Shown here piece by piece: positions 39,273 to 52,674 of a stretch of 64,000 bases of DNA (position 1 is the stretch's first letter; each line of letters starts with the position of its first letter). The translations under genes were made by a program, and so were the position numbers. The notes beneath the pieces are model-generated. The model worked only from the letters and a program-made list of their open reading frames with translations. It was not told the origin of the DNA and made no database searches. This DNA comes from the human T2T-CHM13v2.0 reference genome, Homo sapiens. The DNA lies in NCBI RefSeq assembly GCF_009914755.1, contig NC_060944.1; one strand, given 5' to 3'.

Positions 39273-39615
39273 CAATCAATGGAATATTATTCAACCTTAA
39301 AAAGGAAGGAGATTCCAACATACGCTACAACATGGATGAGGCTTTAGGATGGATGCTCAGTAAAATGAGCCAGGCACAAAAGGACAAATACTGCACAATT
39401 CCACTGCTATGAGGTAACTAGAGTAGTCAAGTTCATAGAGACAGAAAGTAGAATGGTGCTCATCGGGACTGGAGGAGGGGGAGTGGAGAGTTGAATGGGA
39501 ACAGAACTTCAGTTTGGGAAGATTAGAAGGTCTGTGGTTGGGTAGTGGTGACGGTTGCACAACATTATCAATGAATTTAATCCTAATGAACTATCCACTT
39601 AAAAATTATCAAGAT

Positions 39616-39954
<339 letters not shown>

Positions 39955-40051
39955 TTAAAAGCAATAAGAAAAAATCTTTAAACAAAACAGAAAGCCCCAC
40001 ACTGACGGACAAAGCAGAACACTGGTCACACACCCCTGAGGAGGCCCTCAC

Positions 40052-40127
40052 CTGAGCCAGCAGCCAGTCCACCAGCTTGCTCCCGGGAAGCACTGACTTG
40101 TAGGTCTTCAGGTGGTAATCACGGTCT
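40052..40127 (-). CDS. PREX1: PREX1 exon 14 (76 nt), DEP2
   Basis: cag|AGACC...TCAG|gtgagg; [25 protein letters not shown]. Confidence 0.96.
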
Positions 40128-40397
40128 CTGTGGAGAAGGTGAGCGCACAGTGAGCAGGGCAGGGCGGGGAGGACAGAGGTGGGGGTGGTCCTGACTTCCC
40201 TGCAGGACGTGCCCACGAGTCAAGGATCTCCAGGCTCTCTAGGCATTGGGCAGGGGTCCGAGTCTCAGCCCAGACTCCACACATCACTTGCAGTGTGACC
40301 GAGGGCAGGGCTGTTCCAAACCAGGCCTCCTTCCACCTACAGAGTGGGAGGCAGGAGGCAGCAGCTCCAGGGCTCTGGAAACTTTCTGTCTCTAGCC

Positions 40398-40606
40398 CAG
40401 GAGATCTCAGCTGGGGGTGATTTTGCCCTCAGGGTATGTCTGGAGACATTTTTGGCTGTCAAGACCTGGAGGGGCTCGGGCAGGGGTGCTGCTGGCATCC
40501 CGTGTGTAGAGGCCAGGGATGCTGCTGAAGATCCTACAATGCCAGGCAGCCCCCAACAGAGACTCATCCTGGCTACGATGCCACCGGCGCCGAGGCTGGG
40601 GAGCCA
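40398..40606 (+). mobile_element. MER20 DNA transposon
   Basis: gggggtgattttgccc..atgtctggagacatttttggctgtca..tagaggccagggatgctgct. Confidence 0.8.
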
Positions 40607-41562
40607 TGTTGACTCTCACAGAGTGGCAGGGGAGACCCTCCATTCTTTCCTTTCCTTTTTCCTTTTTGTTTTGTGGTTGACATTGATGTATTTAAACCAA
40701 ACCATTGTGGAAAGCCCCTGCAAGGGGCTGGTGTGGTCTATCAGGGCCGAGCAGCACAGAGGCCTGTGAGTTTCACGGTTCTTTCCTGAGGTAACTGCCC
40801 TGGCCTGTGACAGCATCTGAATCCCTGCCGAGCCTGGATCCCATGGGTTCCGCTAACCTTGCAGCCGAACTGCAACAACTTCTCAGCCTCTGAAGCTGTG
40901 ACAAAAACGCGCTTCTGTGGCCAGTCCATGCCAAGGCTGATAAAGTCTAGTTGGAGGATTTCTCTCAGGCTTTAGGACTGGGGGGGTCTGACAGGCTCCA
41001 CGTGCAGTTGGTGGGGGTCTGCTACCTTCCCCAGCCGCTTCCTTCTTTGAGGCTGGCCAAGGAGCCCCACCTGCCTTCTGGGGCTTGCACAAGAGCAGCA
41101 GCAGAGGAGCCCAGGAGGGCGGAGGCAGGATGGCAGATGAAAGTGGTTCCCAGGGCCTGACATCCCACGGGGCCAGCAAATGCTAGGAAATGGTCCTTCC
41201 TCTCCACTCTTCCGAGAGGTGATAAGAGCTATCAGGTCAGAGGGACAGAAAAATCTGCAGCTGGGATAAGAATCAGGTCACCCTCTCTCCCTTCATCCAC
41301 AACTGTGAGCTTTGTGGTAAAAAGAATAACCAATCTCTGGCGTTCATTATACAATGCCAGGAGCCATTCAAAGCACCTTCCGTGAATTTAATCCTCATGG
41401 CAACCCAAGAGGTGAGAGCTATTCTTATGTCCACTTAACAGATGCAGAAACAGAAGCAAAAGAAGTTAATCATCTTTCAACATTCACTGACAAGCTTTTA
41501 CTGAGTCCCTAGGCCTCTGCTCTCCAATAGGTAGCCATTTTAATTTAAATTTCAATCAATAA

Positions 41563-42355
<793 letters not shown>

Positions 42356-42375
42356 TTAAAATGAAGAAAGGGAGC

Positions 42376-42733
42376 TGATATCGTTGGGTTGTGTCCCCAC
42401 CCAAATCTCATCTTGAATGGCAGCTCTCATAATTCCCACATACTGTGGGAGGGACCCAGTGGGAAACTACTGAATCGTGGGGCAGTTCCCCCATACTGTT
42501 CTTGTGGTAGTGAATAAGTCTCACAAGATCTGATGGTTTCATAAGAGGAAACTCCTTTCACTTGGCTGTCATTTTCCTTTTGCCTGCCAGGTAAGACGTG
42601 CCTTTCACATACCTCCACGATTGAGAGGCCTCCCCAGCCATGTGGGACTGTGAATCCATTAAACCTCCTTTTCTTTATAAATTACCCAGTCTTGGCTATG
42701 TCTTTATCAGGAGCATGAAAACAGACTAATACA
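42376..42733 (+). mobile_element. THE1 (MaLR) solo LTR
   Basis: tgatat..tgtgtccccacccaaatctcatcttgaat...gtgaataagtctcacaagatctgatgg...acagactaataca. Confidence 0.88.
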
Positions 42734-43222
42734 GAGGACAGAAAGTACCAGGTTGGTGACACTTTATGCAGGTAGGCAGGGAAGACCCCTGTGATATGGA
42801 GGCGTTTGAAGGAAGTGAGGGAACGAATATGAAGGTATGCAGAGGAAAGGCATCCTAAGCAAAGGGAACAGCAGGCACAAAGGCCCTAAGGTGGAGCCCA
42901 TTATTATCCCCATTTCACAGAGGAAACGGTTGAGGCACAGAGAGGTTAAGTAACTCTGCCCAAGGTCACACAGCTGCTAACTAGGAGGGAGGTTCAAGCT
43001 CAGTCTGTCTGGCTCCAGAACTGACACCTGCATCACTACACTGCAGTGCTTCCCACAATTTAATTCAGTTAATCCTAATGACAAATCTAAAGGATAGGTG
43101 CCACTGCAAGCCCCATTTAATGGAGAAGGAGACTGGAGCTCAGAGAGGTTAAGTTGCCAGCCCAAGGCCACACAGCTGAGAAGAGGTAGAGGTGAAATTG
43201 GAGCTTGGAAAGAGTAACTTAC

Positions 43223-43272
43223 TTGATCACCGGGGTGTAGAGGCTGTGAAGACGGCAGTAAAGCCTCACACC
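43223..43272 (-). CDS. PREX1: PREX1 exon 13 (50 nt)
   Basis: cag|GGTGTG...ATCAA|gtaagt; [17 protein letters not shown]. Confidence 0.95.
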
Positions 43273-43513
43273 CTGAAAGAAAAAAGGGGAGGAATTCTGG
43301 GATCAGGCCACATCCTTCACGAGCCTCCAAATCCAGGCTGATGGGAGAGATGGCTTCCAGGACGGGGCAGGGCAGGGTAATGGGGGCAGGGGTGAGTTGT
43401 GGGCAGTGGAGAAGGCAAACAAGCCAAGGGGCACAGGCCTGCTCTGAGGCGAACCCAGGGTGGAGGTGAACGAGGCCAGCTGAGTCAGAGTCACAGGGGC
43501 GGAGGGCCCCTAC

Positions 43514-43617
43514 CTTGGACATGATGTCCTCCAGCTCACTTCGGGCCTTGTAGGTGCCATCGTCGTAGCGGAAGCGATACATCACCTGCTCATTCTTGAA
43601 CTGGTGCTTGTCGGAAA
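43514..43617 (-). CDS. PREX1: PREX1 exon 12 (104 nt), end of DEP1
   Basis: cag|TTTCC...CAAG|gtaggg; [35 protein letters not shown]. Confidence 0.96.
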
Positions 43618-45096
43618 CTGGAGAGACAGGAGGACCTGTGACGCTGGGCACGCCCCCTCAGCCCCTCCCAGCCACGCCCCCCAGCATTGGCCTTCACTGC
43701 CAGCCACGCCCCCTCTGCCCCTCCCAGTCACACCCACCAGCATCAGGCTTCACTGCTGGCCAGGCTTTTTTTTCACTGAAACCCCACGAGGTGGGTGCTA
43801 TGACTTCCCCATTTTGCACATGAGGATACCCCATCCTCCTGCTACGTGCAGGACCCTGCTGAGACTCGCAGCTTGGGGTGGGGCATCTACAGGGGTGAGG
43901 GACCCAGAAATGCCCCTGATCCAGCCTGCACTGGGACCCCTCTGGCTCAGCATGTCCTTGGATCTAGATCACCAATGGATGGGTGGGGACAAGCATGCTG
44001 GGGCCTGAGACCACATTGCTGAGATTTACGGAGCCATCTCTATCCCACAAAGTCATGCTTGATGCTTCAGATCCATTAGCAATGCCTATAAGGCCCTAAC
44101 CTTCAAGATACCAATCACCTCACTCCTACACTGGCCCGAACCACCTTCGCCTCCCACCTGGACTATCACAGCAGCCTCTTTGCTGGGCTCCCTGCTGTCA
44201 CCCTTGGTCCCAACAGTCTCCACAGGGCAGCCAGAGGGATTCTGCCAGCGTGTTCGTCCAAGCAGGTCTTTCCTCTACGCAGAGCTCAGCAACAGCTTCA
44301 TAGCTCACTCAGAGTAAAAGCCAAAGACCCTACAATTCTCTATAGGATCTCATCTCACCTCCTGGACTCTCCCATCAGCCCTGTGCCCTCTGACCTCGTC
44401 TCCTACCACGCCCCCTCCTCACTCTGAGGCAGCCACACTCCCTCCCTGCTATTCCCTGCACAACCCACTTAGACTCTGCCTGAGGACTTTGCACTGGCTG
44501 TTCCCTCTGCCTGGAACCATCATGCCCACCTGGGTCCCTCCCTCACTGGTGGCTCAGGTCCTGGTTCCAATGTTACCTTCTCGGTGAGGCCTTCCCCATC
44601 TCCCCTATTCAAAAGTGAACGCCAACACCACACTCTTTACCCTCCTTCCCTAGCACCTATCATGTTTTACTATCTTGCTTTGTAAAGATAAGCAAGTAAA
44701 GATCTTATCGTCCCCTCCAACTACAAGGTCGGCTCCATGACGACAGGCACGTCCTCTCCCGTTCATTGTGGTGTGAACAGTGCCTGCCACATTATAGGCA
44801 CTCAATAAATATTTGCTGAATAACTAAAACTTAACCAAATGGTTCTTGACATTTCTTGAAGGAACAGATAAAAGATTCTACTCCCCTGCCCCCAGGTTTT
44901 TGAGGTATCCCTGATTTGCTGGTGCCTAAGAGGCAGTTTTACAAGGGCATCCATGTTCCTGCGGGCCACACTGTGCCCAGAAAACACGGCGGCTGCACGA
45001 AAGGATAGGAGCTGCCTGAGCTAGTGGAAGCATGGCACAGTTGGGGTCTGACCTGTTCCCACCCCTTGGCCCAGCTGGGCCCAGCCCTCCACTCAC

Positions 45097-45197
45097 CATG
45101 GTGGATGATGCCATTCTCCAACAGGGCTTGGCCCAAGTTGACTCCTTCTTCCGTCTTGCTGATTTCACCAATTTCTAGGAGCCAGGCAACGAACTCA
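45097..45197 (-). CDS. PREX1: PREX1 exon 11 (101 nt), DEP1
   Basis: cag|TGAG...CATG|gtgagt; [33 protein letters not shown]. Confidence 0.96.
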
Positions 45198-45426
45198 CTG
45201 CCAGGAACACAATATGTGGTTGAGAGGATTTCCCCAATTCTGGGACCACAGGAATCAGCACTAAGCTGGCCTGGCCACATCCACCCCTGGGAATGACAGC
45301 TAGAACTTCCCACAGGGAAGCCGAGTGTAGTAGTCTATAGCCCTTGGGGTTGTACTGAGGCTTCATGCTTATTACCAATAGCAGAGAGGAGAGTGTGACC
45401 AGATTCCAGGTCTGCCTCAGGCTCAC

Positions 45427-45780
45427 TGGATGGATGCATGGATGGATGGAAGGAAGGAAGGAAGGGAGAGAGGGAGGGAGGGAGAGAGGGAAGGAGGGAA
45501 GGAAGCTGGGCAGGCAGGTTGGTGGATGAGTGACTACATAGATGGATGGATGGATGGATGGATGGATGGATGGATGGACGGATGGATGTCCGGCCAGACA
45601 GACAGCCAGCAGCACATGGGCAGGTAGGTAAGTGGGTAAGTGGATGAATGAACAGACAGATGACTTAATATGGGGTGGATGAAGAAGAGAGTGAGTAGAT
45701 GGGTGGATGGGTCAGGGATGGATCACAGATGGCTAGATGGAGTGGTGGCTGGACAGATGAACAGAAGGAATGGACAAACA
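45427..45780. repeat. (TGGA)n/(GGAA)/(GGGA) simple repeats
   Basis: Directly visible. Confidence 0.8.
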
Positions 45781-48700
45781 TGCAGGAAGAAATAATAGGG
45801 GGCCAGAAAGATGATGGCGGGGAGTCAGGCGAGCTAACAGTGATGAAACCATGTCATTTCCATATTCAAAACCCTCCCACAGGCTTATTACTCACAAAAA
45901 AAATCCCAACTCTTCCCACACGGACATAAACAAGGCCCAGCATGACCCACTCCCACCCTGACTGATCTCACCCCCAATACCTCTCATTAGTTATGCCTAA
46001 GCCACACCTACCATCTTTCCCTTATTAAAAAATACCAGACTCCTCCCTGCCTCGGGGCTGCTGCACTTGCTGTTCCTTCTGCCTGGAATGCCCTTCCTCA
46101 GCTCTTCATGCAACTGTGCCTTCTCATCCTTCAGGTCTCAGCACAAACATCACCTCCTCAGAGAAGCCTTCCCTGACTACCTCATTTAAAATGGTCCCCG
46201 ACCCCTATCCAATCCATCACATCTCTGTGTTGCTTCCTTTTTTGCACTTTTCACTGTCTGAAGTGGTCTTGTTTACAGATTTATTTTACGTATTTATTGG
46301 CCATCTCCCCCAACCAGAATGTAATGACATGAACAGGGTGTTTTCTCTGTCTTATTCATGGCACTATCCCAGCACCTACCAGAGGGCCTGATGCAGAGCA
46401 GGGCTCAATGATCATTTATGGAACAAATGAAGTAATGAACCATCCGACAGAAAGGAATGTTCTGAGGTCGGCAGGAAGGTCTCGGGGAGACAGAAGTGCT
46501 CCCAGGCCAGAGGAAGACAGGCAGCTTTCCCAGCTCCCACGTGACTGCCCGGTGGTGAGAGGCTCAGCCGGGGCCCCAGGTCCTAGTTCTTGCGGGTGCT
46601 TCTCAGGCTCAGCCCAGAGCTCAACCCACTCAAACTCAGCAGGAAAAGGGAGAGCCTGGAATGGGGCTGTTTCCGCCGAGGCAATCTGTGTTCAATGAAA
46701 GCAGGTGGCAGCTGGCCAGAGCCTGAGCACCCTGCTTATCGAAACCAGCTGTCCCGCCTCCAATTACAGGGCCAGAGGGGGGCAGGGCTATTTTTAGCTT
46801 CCTAGTGTTTGGCAGAGCAAAGACCTGCCTGGTGTGTAGGTAGCGGTGCGTGCTGGAGCATTCAGAATGCCCTGGCTGGAGGCAGAGTGGGCTGCAGAAG
46901 AAATGCATCTGCTTTGTGGGACAGGCGCCCCAGGTGGGGAAGGGATTGTTCTGGGTCCTGTCCACCCCCAGTTCCATTCTCAAAGTCTTGGAACTCAGGG
47001 ACAGGGAGAATGCTGCCAGCAGCTGAAGGAGGGGAACAGATGTTTGAGTGCCCACTCTCGGAAGCCCACCAGCTGTCTAATTGGGGGCCGCCTCTGGCAC
47101 TGATCAGCAACTCTCTGGCCAGGGTTAGGGGACAGGAAGTATCCCACAGCAGCTGCTGGGGCAGAAGAAGACGGCCCAGAGGACAGCAACTCTGCCCTAC
47201 GTTTCTGCCCAAACTGGGTCTTGCCATCTTCTGGTGGATCAAGGAGGGTTCACAGCTTGCTGGGCAAAGCTGGGCGGGTCCCTGTGCCTCTCTGGGCCTC
47301 ATCAGGGCCCACCTGGGAAGTGGCTCACTCAGTCACCTTCTGGATTTAGCAGGCAAAATTTCTAGTCATATGAAATCCTGAGCTGGGATGCAGTATGCAA
47401 AAACCCAATAAAATTCATCTCTAGTGCAGGGGTCTCAAACTTGTAAATAGGCAAAACAGGCCAGGAGGAGACTGTGCAGAACCAGCCGGGGCCTGCCGTG
47501 TCTAAAGCTGGCAGCCACTCTTCAGTGTAGCCCATCATGGCCCATTATGTTAGAAGACGAACGCATCTAACAGCTTCTCAGGAGAGTGAGGAAATCCAGC
47601 ATTTCCTGTGAAATCTCCCCATCATTAAATGTTCATATCGAGTCCAACATTTTCTGAAAGCACTACGTGGGCCGAGGAAAACATGTCTGCTAACTCTATC
47701 AGGTCAGTGGGGCACTGCTAGCCACCTCTGGGGTACAGGGGAGAGTGTTCTGGGCAAGGGGATCAGCGCACACAGAAGCCCTGAGAGGTAAGGTCAGGAA
47801 ACCAGCGATCTGCCAGTGGGGAGGGGCGCTGGCATGCAAAGGGAAGCTAGGTCCAAGCTCCCAGAAAGACACAGCTCAGGACAGTGTGAGGAGAGCTGGA
47901 GATACAAGGAGAAGGCAATCTAGCTTGATGGGCAGTCTGAGAGTCAGGGATGGCATGGTGAGCTGAGAGTTAGGATGTGTCAGCTTTCATCCCTCCTTCC
48001 TTCCCGCCTCCTAGAATCATTCACCCACTAAACATCTATTTAGCCTACAATGGGCCACGGCCAGGGTGAGGCACAAGGAATACATTCTGCAGTCTTCCTA
48101 AGAAAGCCGCCTGAGCTCAGGCCCAAGGTACCACTTATGACCCAACACAAGAATCCCTTGTTCTTGCCTGATTCCTCCATGGGCCGTGGGCTCCAAGAGG
48201 GTAGGGACTGGGGGGTACCCAGTGGAATACCCATCCCTGTGACTCCACGGCTCAGGGATGCCTCCTGGAGATGACAATGTTGGACAAATCCTTACCGACC
48301 CTCTCGTGCACACTAACACCCTGCACCTGTGCGTACAGGTGGCCAAGACACCAAGGCCCCTTCCACCTTGGAGCTTTCCCTCTGGCAGACGTCCATAACT
48401 GAACAGCATCTAATCTCTGCCAAGGGTGAAACCCAAGGCCTTCGTCCAGGAAGCTTTTCCTGACGGCCCCTGCCAGACACGCCGCGTCATACCTGGTAAC
48501 CCTGAGCTCCGACAGCTCCACCAGTGCCCTCGATCTGGATCCTCATCTCACTCCACTACCGAGACTCCTCCAGTGGCTTCCCACAGCACCAAGACGGAAA
48601 TGTGAGCTGCCTGCCAAGGCCCTGCCTGAGGTGACCCACTTTAACTGCTGAGGCCACATCTCCTGCCCCTCTGACCACTCAGGCTCCAGCCACAATGGCC

Positions 48701-49514
48701 TCCTCCTGTTCCACCATCACTCAAAGCTCACTGCAGCCTCAGGGCTTTCGCGCCTACTGCTTCCTAAGCCAGGAATGCTGTTCCCCACACCCTCTCATGG
48801 CTGGCTCTTGCTTGTCTTTCAGATCGTGGTTAAATGTCACTTCCCCTGAGAGGTCCTGACTGCCCACTCTTCTGAACCAGCCCCATTTCCTCTTGTCCTG
48901 ACTTCACGCTAAGTATTTCCTTAGCGCATTCATCAAGTTGCTGAAATTCCCTTCTTTCTATCTGTCTCCTCTTCTGTTGTCTGATTTCCCCCACTGGATG
49001 CTTACCTCTATGAGGGCAGGGACTTCATCTGTCCTATTCCCGACTGGCACATAGCAGGGACTCGGTAACACTGAGTGGGTGAATGAATGAGTGAATCTGT
49101 TTTGTCTCCCCTACTAATCTGACGATGCCAGAGGGCACAGGCCATGCTCCTCCCAGGACACCCTCCACATTAATACACACAGATTTTATTCTTTGCTTTT
49201 TAAATGTGGCATCTAAGAGATTTTTCTCTGAGTAGGGCAGAAAAAGGCCCCTCCTTCATACACTCATCATGCACAGCCAGTACGATTCCCACGAGTCTCA
49301 CCAGCACTGTGCTGCACACGTCACGTGTTCTCTCACTGTATCCTCCGACAGTCCTCAGAGGCACATTTTATTATCTCCCTTTAACTGATCATTCACTGAG
49401 GTTCAGAGAGGTTAAGAAACTTCCCCAATGTCACACAGCTAGAAAGTGAGGGAACCAAGACTTGAGTCCAAATCTAACTCAAAGCCAACCCTTGGGGGTG
49501 ATAAAGACAAATCA

Positions 49515-49775
49515 GGCCAGGTGCAGTGGCTCACGCCTGTAATCCCAGCACTTTGGGAAGCCAAGGCGAGAGCATTTGCAAGACCCCCATCTGTACAAAA
49601 AAAAATAAAAATTAGCTATAGAAGCCTAGCACAGTGGCACACACCTGTAGTCTCAGCTACTCAGGAGGCAGGAAGATCGCTTGAGCCCAGGAGTTTGAGG
49701 CTACAGTGAGTTATGATCACACCACTGTACTCCAGCCTGGGCAACAGAGCGAGACCCTGTCTCTAAAAACCAAAA
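49515..49775 (+). mobile_element. Alu (J-like, internal deletion)
   Basis: Alu consensus; near-TSD aaagayaaatcag. Confidence 0.85.
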
Positions 49776-52526
49776 GATAAATCAGACACTTTTTATATTC
49801 ATGCAGTTCCCTAACAGTGGAGACAGATGTAGAGAGAGGAACTGCTAGGGAAAAATAAAATGTGCTGAGTAGAAATAAAAATGAATAGACAGGCAAAGTA
49901 CAGTGGGAGACAGCACCAGTGTCGCTTTGTGATCTTGTACAGAACCCTTCCCCTCTCTGTGCCTCGGTTTCCTCACTTTTAAAATGGGGGTAGTGGCAGT
50001 GACTGTTTCACGGTGTTGTGTGGGGATTAAAAGACATGGCTGAATGCCAGCACATGCAGCAAAGGGCTTGATCAATATCTCGGAGGCTACCAAGTCCTTC
50101 TACCCTGGAGGACCAGGGACGCATCTTGGACAAGAAGATTCAGTAGCGGGACCCTGGCGGGGGTAGCAGGATCACACACCCTACGGCTGTGTGCAGAGCA
50201 AAGCCGTGCAGGGAGAAGAGTTTATCAGAATAATCTCCTGCAGAAAGGCTGGCCCTTTCGGACCTGCAGTTACAAAACAAGCTGCTATCTTGGCCCCATT
50301 TCAAATGGGCAGTAAAAGAAATCTCTCTAATCCTTCCTGAGGAGGCAGAACTCCTCGAAGTTCTGATCACAGACAGGCTGCCTCATCGGTCCGGACTGAG
50401 CAGTTTGGCAGGAGATGGGAAGGTTCTCTGGCCCCAGGGGGCCCGGAAGCAGGCCCCTCCTGAGAGAAAAACCTCCTTTCCTGTGGGATTAGGAGTTGGC
50501 TGAAAAGGCCAGCCAGGCTGCCCCGCCCCGCCTGCCCCAGCCAGCAGGACTCCAAGGCCCAAACTCTCCTCTCCATGGAAGCTCAGAGCTGGAGTTCCTG
50601 ATCTTTGAGGAAAATAGGGCACCAAGGCCCTTGAGGGCAACAGGGCAATAGAGTCCATGGCGCCCTGCAGGTTTGAACCCTTCTACTTGCTGCCCCTCCA
50701 CCACAAGCCTCAGGCCATGAGTGCCAGCTGTCCCCAAGTCCACACTAAGCCTCCGTGGCCTGCCCAACATCCACACTGCACCCTGAATGTCTATCAGCAT
50801 TTCAGCCTCCACCGGGCTCCTGCTCCTTCCCAGGGACCTGCTCCTGCCTCCCCGCCTCTTCCTCCCCTTGGCTTCTGGAGGAGTGCCACCTTCTCGCCAG
50901 CAGCTCCACTCAGAGGTCTCTGCCCCCTCCTCCTTCCAATGCCATCATCGGGCCCCAGGGCCCAGGCCTGCCTCTTCTATCCCTTCAGGTTCCCCTGCAC
51001 AGTTCAGGCCGTCTCATGGCTTTAAAGACCATTTAACACCATCTCCCATGTGTAGGTCCCCAATGCAGACCTTTCTCCCCAAGTCAAGATTTTGCAACCA
51101 ACCAACAAGCCCACATCTCCATGTGGGTGTCTACCAGCCTGACGTAACCCGTCCACAACTGCACTCGTGGGCTTCCCACGGCCCCCTGCAGCCTGCTCCT
51201 CCCGCCATCTTCTTCTCCTTCTCAAAGGAGCAACTGCAGCTTTCCAGCGCCTTAAAGTCCTGAACTCCCTTTACTTTTCCACCCCATCAGCAAATGCTGT
51301 TGCCTTTCAAGTTATCCAGAACACAGCCACTGCTCCCTGTCTCCACAATGACCATCCTGGCTCAAGCCTGGCCCACGCAACCTCTCACCTGGTCCACAGC
51401 ACTGTGATAAAGTGGCAGCTTTTACCCTAGGCCTCTGCAAAGGCTTTAGGGAAGTTGGGGGGAGTTTAAGTCCTTACATTCTAAATAAAGTTCCCGCATT
51501 GCCGGCAAACCTCTCTCCCCAGCTGCACCACAAGCTTCATGAGGTTGCAAGCCCTTGGCACTGTCCTCTCCAGAGTGTCTAGCACATTGTAGGGCCTTAA
51601 AACAGCCTGACCATTTTACAAGGACTGGATTTCTTCTGCCTCTCCCGTGCCCCAGCCCTCTCCCTCAGGTGACCTGCGTGTAAGAGCCAGCCTGTCACAC
51701 CTGTGTTCTGACCCCTTTGAACTCCAGTTATAAAATGGGGCTGTATTTCCCAAACAGAGAAAGTGGAGGCTCTGGGCACTGAGAAGTTTATAGAAGCTTC
51801 CCTCGCCCCTCACATGTAACTCAGGAAGAGACGCCTCACCAGATACTCTCCCTGCCAACACCCTGACCTAGGACTGCCAGCCTCCAGAACTGTGAAGCAA
51901 TACATTTCTGTTGTTTAAGCCACACCAGTTTTGTGCACTTTGTTATGGCAGCCCCAGCCAAAAAAAAAATGGGGTGGGGGTGGGGGGCCTACCTTTATTC
52001 TTCCAGCCCTTAAAACACCTTTGTAATCAATTACCTGTGTTCAATACCTCTCTGCTTGAAATGCCTAGAGTGGCTTCTCTTTTCCCAAGTGCTACAGCAG
52101 CATTTTTCAAACCGTTAGTGCTTTGTGAAACAATGTCATGGGTCTTGCCAGCATTAATTTTGAAATGAATGAAGAAGCAACTTGAATAGAATAGAAAGAA
52201 CAGAAGAGAACAGAAACAGATATTTTCAGAGTGGGATCAAGCACAGTAAGCTCTGTGAAACCTCAGCTTCAATCATATATTACATGAATGGGTGTACCAG
52301 GTCACAATGGAAAATTATGTCTGGTAGTAGGTTGAAAGACCTGATTTAGGGACCCCACTAGCCTTCTTGATCTCTGAGGGCTGCTCCATAAGGATTCAGG
52401 TCCTTTTGTCACTCTGCCCAGGATGGCTCCTGGGCAGGGCCAGGCTGCATGGGTGGATGGGGATGATCTGCCCCACCTCCAGCTGAGAGCCCAGGGACCC
52501 AGGGAGTTCAGAGTGAGGCTACTCAC

Positions 52527-52674
52527 TTGCCAAGAAAGCACTTGGGGACAGTGCTCAGCTTTCTCCGGCGGTCCTTGATGAGGTTCACCTTCTTGTTCAT
52601 CATCATGTGGTACAGCTTCTCCCCCTTCTCCGCAATCATGACGTAGGCATCACGCTCCATGCCCAGCTTCAGGC
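52527..52674 (-). CDS. PREX1: PREX1 exon 10 (148 nt), start of DEP1, contains RRRKLS (S436) PKA-type site
   Basis: tag|GCCTG...GGCAA|gtgagt; [48 protein letters not shown]. Confidence 0.96.

Noticed and set aside
42977-43651. 224-aa ORF reading from exon 12 through intron 12
   Set aside because: The intron is 241 nt (not a multiple of 3), so exon 13 is read out of frame; chance stop-free intron with no support for a coding isoform.
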